Below, one piece after another: positions 59,101 to 64,000 of a stretch of DNA of 64,000 nt. The stretch's first letter is position 1; each line of letters opens with the position of its first letter. Where the stretch lies: the NCBI GenBank assembly GCA_004764695.1, contig SMSO01000035.1, positions 372,001 to 436,000 of the forward strand, in the 5' to 3' direction. Position numbers and translations under genes: made by a program. The stretch is from Schizochytrium sp. TIO01. Taxonomy: Eukaryota; Protista; Bigyra: Labyrinthulomycetes. Below the pieces are notes generated by a model. That model ran no database searches and was not told where the DNA came from. It was given only the letters and a program-made list of their open reading frames with translations.

Positions 59101-60977
59101 CTGGATCTTAATAGACGAACAAAGTTTGTTCGAAGATTTCTCATGTATATCTTTATACTGCTCGCTCATGAACACCTCCCATCTGGTGTGAATTAGTAAG
59201 GCGGATATACGTGAGACATGGCTGAGCAAGCCTAGAAACACTCATTTCGGCTGAGACGAATTGCACGAACTTCACCATCCGCACATATGCTTCAACAAAG
59301 GAGTAGAGATAAAGAATGATCTTCTGCTACGTCAACTCTGCACGCGATCTCGATAGACCTGATAGCACTCACGCATAAACCCTGAAGTGACCGAGTTCGC
59401 AATCATCTCTAACGGAGGAGAAAATTTTAAACGAGCGAGTCAATCATAGAAAGTTATTTACCACAAACTTTGAAGCTAGACTCTATTTCCAACTCGAAGT
59501 TGGCAGAGTGATGGTCTCGTTCGGTGTATACTCTCTCAGTTGTTCGAAAACTTTACTTACAATCATTCAACTCGCGTAAAAACTCAAGCAAAAATCTAGC
59601 CGCGATACACTGGACTGGCGATAGAAAAACAAAAAACAAAAAAACAGACTTATATCGAAAAGCTATTGACACCAACCATATGTTTGTTATTTTCAGTGGA
59701 ATACAATCGCACTATTTAGAAGCTGAGTGCATTTTTAATTTTATTTTAATTTTAAAGGTGAGTAAGAAGTAAGGTCAGAATTAAAGCACTTGCTATGGTG
59801 AAAAGTGACTCCAAATTGATTAAACCAGTGCAAGTGTGATCAAGTCTTAAAGTATTCTCAAATTATGATATTGAGATCGGTAGTTTGCTTTGCTTTTGCA
59901 ATCACTGATCATTTCGCAAGAAAACTGGATTTGATGATTTAGAAAATTTATAACTGGTTATTTGTACTTTGTATGCGTCTATAATCCAGAAACACAAAAG
60001 CATCAACCTCCACAAAAAGCAGGCAAACACGCAGAGTCTCAGTACCTTTCACCAATGCATGAGTCATTGCTAGTTTGCAGGATGCAGTTTCACCGTTACG
60101 AGTCACGATTCTTGTATTTTTTAGGTAGCACGAAGTTTCAATATTAGGTTACTTAGCAGTACCTACCTACACTTTCTCCGAGCACAAAGGAAACGAAAGC
60201 TTTGCGGGGACAAGTAAAGGTCCCAATTCAATCAATCGTTTTGACCTTCAACGCGGCATGAATCGTCACGCATAGAGCAGTGAGGCCCCCATGCGCCAAT
60301 ATGAAAACCACCGCAAGTTTTGAGAAAGCCACTCCGCAGTAAATAATATCGGGTAGCGGGAAGGGGGTTTGCATTTAAAGGACTCCGAAAGTGGTGCAAC
60401 GGATCTCTCCCTCTTTGTTGTAGTATATGTGCAAAGTTTGACTTTACATCTTATAGAGCTTACGTTGCTCCACGTTTACCGAGAGGTGGGTTCTTGCCTG
60501 CTACACTAGTGTATTCATTTCTCCTCGCTCAAGGTTGCCGTGGTTGGCAGGCCTGCGCTAAGAACGCCACGCTGCTCAACACATCCAGCGCCGCAGCGGA
60601 AGTCGCTGCACGCGTGGACGTTGTTGCTCAAGTAACCAATCAACGCTGCTCAACGGCAAGCCAACGTCAGTGCCCAACGCCAAAATCTGTTTGCAGACGA
60701 AGTCCCAACCCTCTTCTGATTATTGAAGATAAAAGGTCTTCTGGGGAGGTATAGATCGCGGGAGCTCTTGTTGGCAAGAGCAGCTTTGCTTGGAAGGAAC
60801 AAGAATAAGGTCTTGAGGTTCCCTAAACCAAGTAGCTTCAAAAAGCCAAACACCACGACGCAAATTTCTCGCCTAGGCGCCAGCGAAGCTCGCTAAGGCG
60901 GCCTTTCCGCCGTCTAGGCCGTACTAGAACAGCATTGATCAAATCGACTCGCACGCTTCCAGCCTGGTGCCAAAAGG

Positions 60978-63900
60978 ATGGCAACAGATTGGCCCTCAGA
61001 AGATGGCGCTTTCGCAGCCAAGCTGGCCGAGTTCGCAGATGGTAACCCTGGTGAGCGCAAGTTGCTTTTTGACTATGGACCTCTTATTTTCCCCAGACTT
61101 GTGAGGGTTGCATGTGCGAAACATTCGGGCCTTCGTGCTGCCGGTCTTGACGCCCTTGGAAGGCTCATTCGGATCGTGGGTCTTGGACGCATGCTCGTAC
61201 GTGCATTGTGTAGCGAATCTGGCCTTAGCAGTGCAGACTTTAGCGTTCAAAAGGAGTGTTCCCTTGCTGTAAGCCGTGTCATGCAAGCATGCATGTCCAT
61301 GCAGGAGGAAGATCGGGAGAACATTGGGTGGATTCGCGTTTTGCCTCACCTTGTCAGACTTTGCGCACATCCATTTACGACACAGGGCGCTGAGCAAGCG
61401 TTGCAGCACTTAAGGGTGTTGCTTGGGCCTAGAAGCTTTCACAGGCGATTTACGAGAGCACTTCTTGCTTTTCATGAAGCTTCTTTAGAGAGAGAAGCAG
61501 AAACTCTTGAACGAAAGGAAAGCTCTTCTGAAGAAGATATGATGGCCGGTCTCAAAATATCACCAGCAAAGTCAAATTCAGGTTTACAGACAACAATAAC
61601 ACCTTCTGGTAAGCTCTCGTGGACTCTCTGGGTTCTTGTGAAGGAAGGACCTCTGGATACCTCTGTGGATGGCCTGCGCGCTCTCGCAGAGGTTGTTTCT
61701 CCACATCCAGATTCTGCCAGGGATATTCTTATAACCCTTTTGCCAATGATCGAAAGCTTTGATATTGAAGTTTCTGAGGCAGCACTGACAGCTGCCACTG
61801 TGCATTATGACGAAAGTACCTGCTCTGACATTGTTGCATCTCATCCAATGGCATCTACAATCGCCAAGAAAACGAAGAACCACACTGCGTCGACTCTGCC
61901 TTCATCTGCATCATCAAACTCTCGGAGACAGCCGACACCGTTGCCTTTTCCCTCAACGCATGTACAATCAAACACTCGGAGTGCATCTCGGGAGCAAGTT
62001 TCTGCTCGATCAGTGACCTCTAACTCAGAGGTAGCGACGCTTCGTCAGCCGTCGCTAGATCTTTCTGAAGTTGCAGCTCCGGATACATCGCGACTCATTA
62101 GCACGCCTATGGATTCATCCTCGCTTGGCAGCAACAATTCATCACCAAAACCGTCAATTTTTGCAAGTGCTGGACATAGTATGTTGAAAATGAACGCACA
62201 ACTCAGTACATTAAAACGTAAAACAAGCGGACGTCGTAAACTTACAAGTGCATCGAGTAGCGATGATTTACGACCACACAGCGCATCTCGGTCACAACTT
62301 GGTTCCAGTGGAGTCTCATCTCGGTCGTCACCATTGTCGGCATCTTCGACACGTTCGGCAGGCTCTGAATACATCTTCCAGGCCGAGATGCCTTCTGAAG
62401 ACTCCCGTAATGCAGTCGAAAGTCGCTCTTCAGCAAGATCATACTCATCCGCACGTAACGAGCTTGCTGTCGCTGCTGCCCGAGGTGCATACCACCAACA
62501 ATCCTCATACCATGCAGGCTCTACGAATTATAGAGCTCAGCAGCAACATGCTGCCCATTATGAAGATCAGGAACACCAACAGCAGTATGACCATTATCAG
62601 GGATCATCAACACATGCTACTGGTGGGTATACCAATCGGGAACGCAATGCTACCTCCAATAGGCAACACTCTACGGAGTCTCTTGCTAGTGATGCTTCCT
62701 TTTCGATGACCTCTCCTAGCCCATCTGTATCTTCAACGGCCAGCTCACAAACACCAACAACAACATCACGAAATTCTCAACGTAGGCAAAGGAGCGCACC
62801 CGCGCATGGGCATTCTAATCCAAGTGAGGCAACACCATTTGCTCAGACATACCCACACAGTAGCCACTCTTCACGAACGGCACCTGCTCGATCTCATCCT
62901 GCAACCACGGTTGGGGACTCCTCCGCTCGTGGCAACAAGAGTGGCAGATCAACTCCTTCAGACACTAGCGAATACGGCAATGAGTATGAAGCTCCCCCCA
63001 AATTATCTGCGCGAGATGATTTGCCACGTACTGTGGATGGTATTGTCAAAGCTCTCCTCGATGATTCGCAATGGCAAGATCAAGTTCGTGCTTTAAATGC
63101 CATCAAGAGTAACCAACACACGAGTTTATTACCCCCGAATTGTCGGTCTGAGCCATTGGTCATCCAGGCAGTCATCAAACTTACCTCGAGCCTCAGATCA
63201 GTGCTGTCAAAAAGCAGTCTCTTGTGTCTACACTTTCTCATCAATGACAATGGTCGCTCTTATTGGAAAGATCAAACTTCTGTTTTGATTGACGCAATTG
63301 TTGCCGCACTCATTAAGCGTTCCATTGATGCAAGTGCATTTTTGGCTCAGGAAGCTCGCAGTGCTTTGGACGCCTGTGTTCAAAGCTTCCCTCCGGCCAA
63401 ACTTTCTTCGGCTCTACTCCAACATTGCCATTCACATGCTAACGCACGTGCTCGGGCGAATGCTGCTGCTGCACTTCATGCTATCGTACAAACTGCGCCT
63501 GCTTCTGCCTACGATTCTTCAAGGGTTATTTCGTGCGCCAAAGATAAGCTACTTCACGACAACTCTGTGGAAGCAAGGGCAGCTGCAAAGGGTATTTTGC
63601 TACAGCTCAACGAGACACACAATCTTGATCGTAAACAACAAATGCACCTGGAGCGAATTACATCTTCGTCGATGGCTTCAGGAAGTCCGCATCGGCGTAA
63701 GACCCAGGGTGGGGGTGGCCTTGCGCAGTCTAAAGGTGCTCACCAGCAACAACAGACTCTTCCCAGTAGTTTGAGTTCGTCCCGTTCCATTAATACTCTT
63801 GAAGTTCATGGCGAGTTATTGGCTAATCTGCATGCCCGTGAGTGGCAAAGTCGTTTGCGAGCATTGCAGGAGCTGCAAAGTGTTCTTTCTTCTCAATTTA

Positions 63901-64000
63901 ATCTGACACTTTTTGCTCAAGCGTGTGAAAGTGCACGGGATGCAAATGTCCGTGTGAAGTCTGAAGCAGTGCGCGCAGTGCGATCTGTGGCTTCTCGCTA
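60978..64000 (+). CDS. TOG/HEAT-repeat microtubule-binding protein, crescerin/TOGARAM (FAM179)- or CLASP-like; 3'-truncated by the window edge
   Basis: Manually translated frame from ATG 60978 (MATDWPSEDG...) is open with no stop to the window end. HEAT-like N-terminus, long S/R-rich linker, a TOG-like domain (LLDDSQWQDQVRAL...SSLRSVLSK...SAFLAQEARSAL...LLHDNSVEARAAAK), and the start of another (AREWQSRLRAL...RDANVRVK). Confidence 0.85.
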   Translation, partial: MATDWPSEDGAFAAKLAEFADGNPGERKLLFDYGPLIFPRLVRVACAKHSGLRAAGLDALGRLIRIVGLGRMLVRALCSESGLSSADFSVQKECSLAVSRVMQACMSMQEEDRENIGWIRVLPHLVRLCAHPFTTQGAEQALQHLRVLLGPRSFHRRFTRALLAFHEASLEREAETLERKESSSEEDMMAGLKISPAKSNSGLQTTITPSGKLSWTLWVLVKEGPLDTSVDGLRALAEVVSPHPDSARDILITLLPMIESFDIEVSEAALTAATVHYDESTCSDIVASHPMASTIAKKTKNHTASTLPSSASSNSRRQPTPLPFPSTHVQSNTRSASREQVSARSVTSNSEVATLRQPSLDLSEVAAPDTSRLISTPMDSSSLGSNNSSPKPSIFASAGHSMLKMNAQLSTLKRKTSGRRKLTSASSSDDLRPHSASRSQLGSSGVSSRSSPLSASSTRSAGSEYIFQAEMPSEDSRNAVESRSSARSYSSARNELAVAAARGAYHQQSSYHAGSTNYRAQQQHAAHYEDQEHQQQYDHYQGSSTHATGGYTNRERNATSNRQHSTESLASDASFSMTSPSPSVSSTASSQTPTTTSRNSQRRQRSAPAHGHSNPSEATPFAQTYPHSSHSSRTAPARSHPATTVGDSSARGNKSGRSTPSDTSEYGNEYEAPPKLSARDDLPRTVDGIVKALLDDSQWQDQVRALNAIKSNQHTSLLPPNCRSEPLVIQAVIKLTSSLRSVLSKSSLLCLHFLINDNGRSYWKDQTSVLIDAIVAALIKRSIDASAFLAQEARSALDACVQSFPPAKLSSALLQHCHSHANARARANAAAALHAIVQTAPASAYDSSRVISCAKDKLLHDNSVEARAAAKGILLQLNETHNLDRKQQMHLERITSSSMASGSPHRRKTQGGGGLAQSKGAHQQQQTLPSSLSSSRSINTLEVHGELLANLHAREWQSRLRALQELQSVLSSQFNLTLFAQACESARDANVRVKSEAVRAVRSVASR

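Noticed and set aside
60623-60636. X-box-like palindrome GTTGCTCAAGTAAC upstream of the putative ciliary TOG gene
   Set aside because: Imperfect single match, and RFX factors are not known to me from stramenopiles, so probably coincidental.
5714-64000. CNBD K+ channel, SOS1/SLC9C-like exchanger and TOG gene as a flagellar signalling cluster
   Set aside because: The genes are tens of kb apart and interspersed with unrelated genes, with no evidence of co-regulation.

Overview
Eukaryotic, intron-poor genomic DNA with microsatellite-rich intergenic regions. Gene style and content suggest a flagellated protist, most likely a thraustochytrid/labyrinthulomycete stramenopile (inference only). Nine apparently single-exon protein genes are supported: two tandem paralogous multipass membrane proteins of unknown family, a cyclic-nucleotide-binding-domain K+ channel, a C2H2 zinc-finger protein with an apparent BET-type ET domain, a PqiA/LetA-like membrane protein with an inserted 14-Cys domain, a MARCH6/Doa10 RING-CH E3 ligase, a SOS1-like Na+/H+ antiporter, a large low-complexity C2H2 zinc-finger protein with a +1 frameshift inside a poly-Q tract, and a TOG/HEAT (crescerin/TOGARAM-like) gene that runs off the right edge and is missing from the supplied ORF track. 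A 23.5 kb stretch without credible ORFs, packed with diverse simple repeats, lies upstream of the second zinc-finger gene. I found no rRNA, tRNA, CRISPR array or intact transposon, and no convincing multi-gene novel system. The best novelty candidates are single-gene architectures (ET + C2H2 fusion; eukaryotic PqiA + Cys-rich domain), the unassigned membrane-protein pair, and the regulatory desert with the frameshifted zinc-finger gene.
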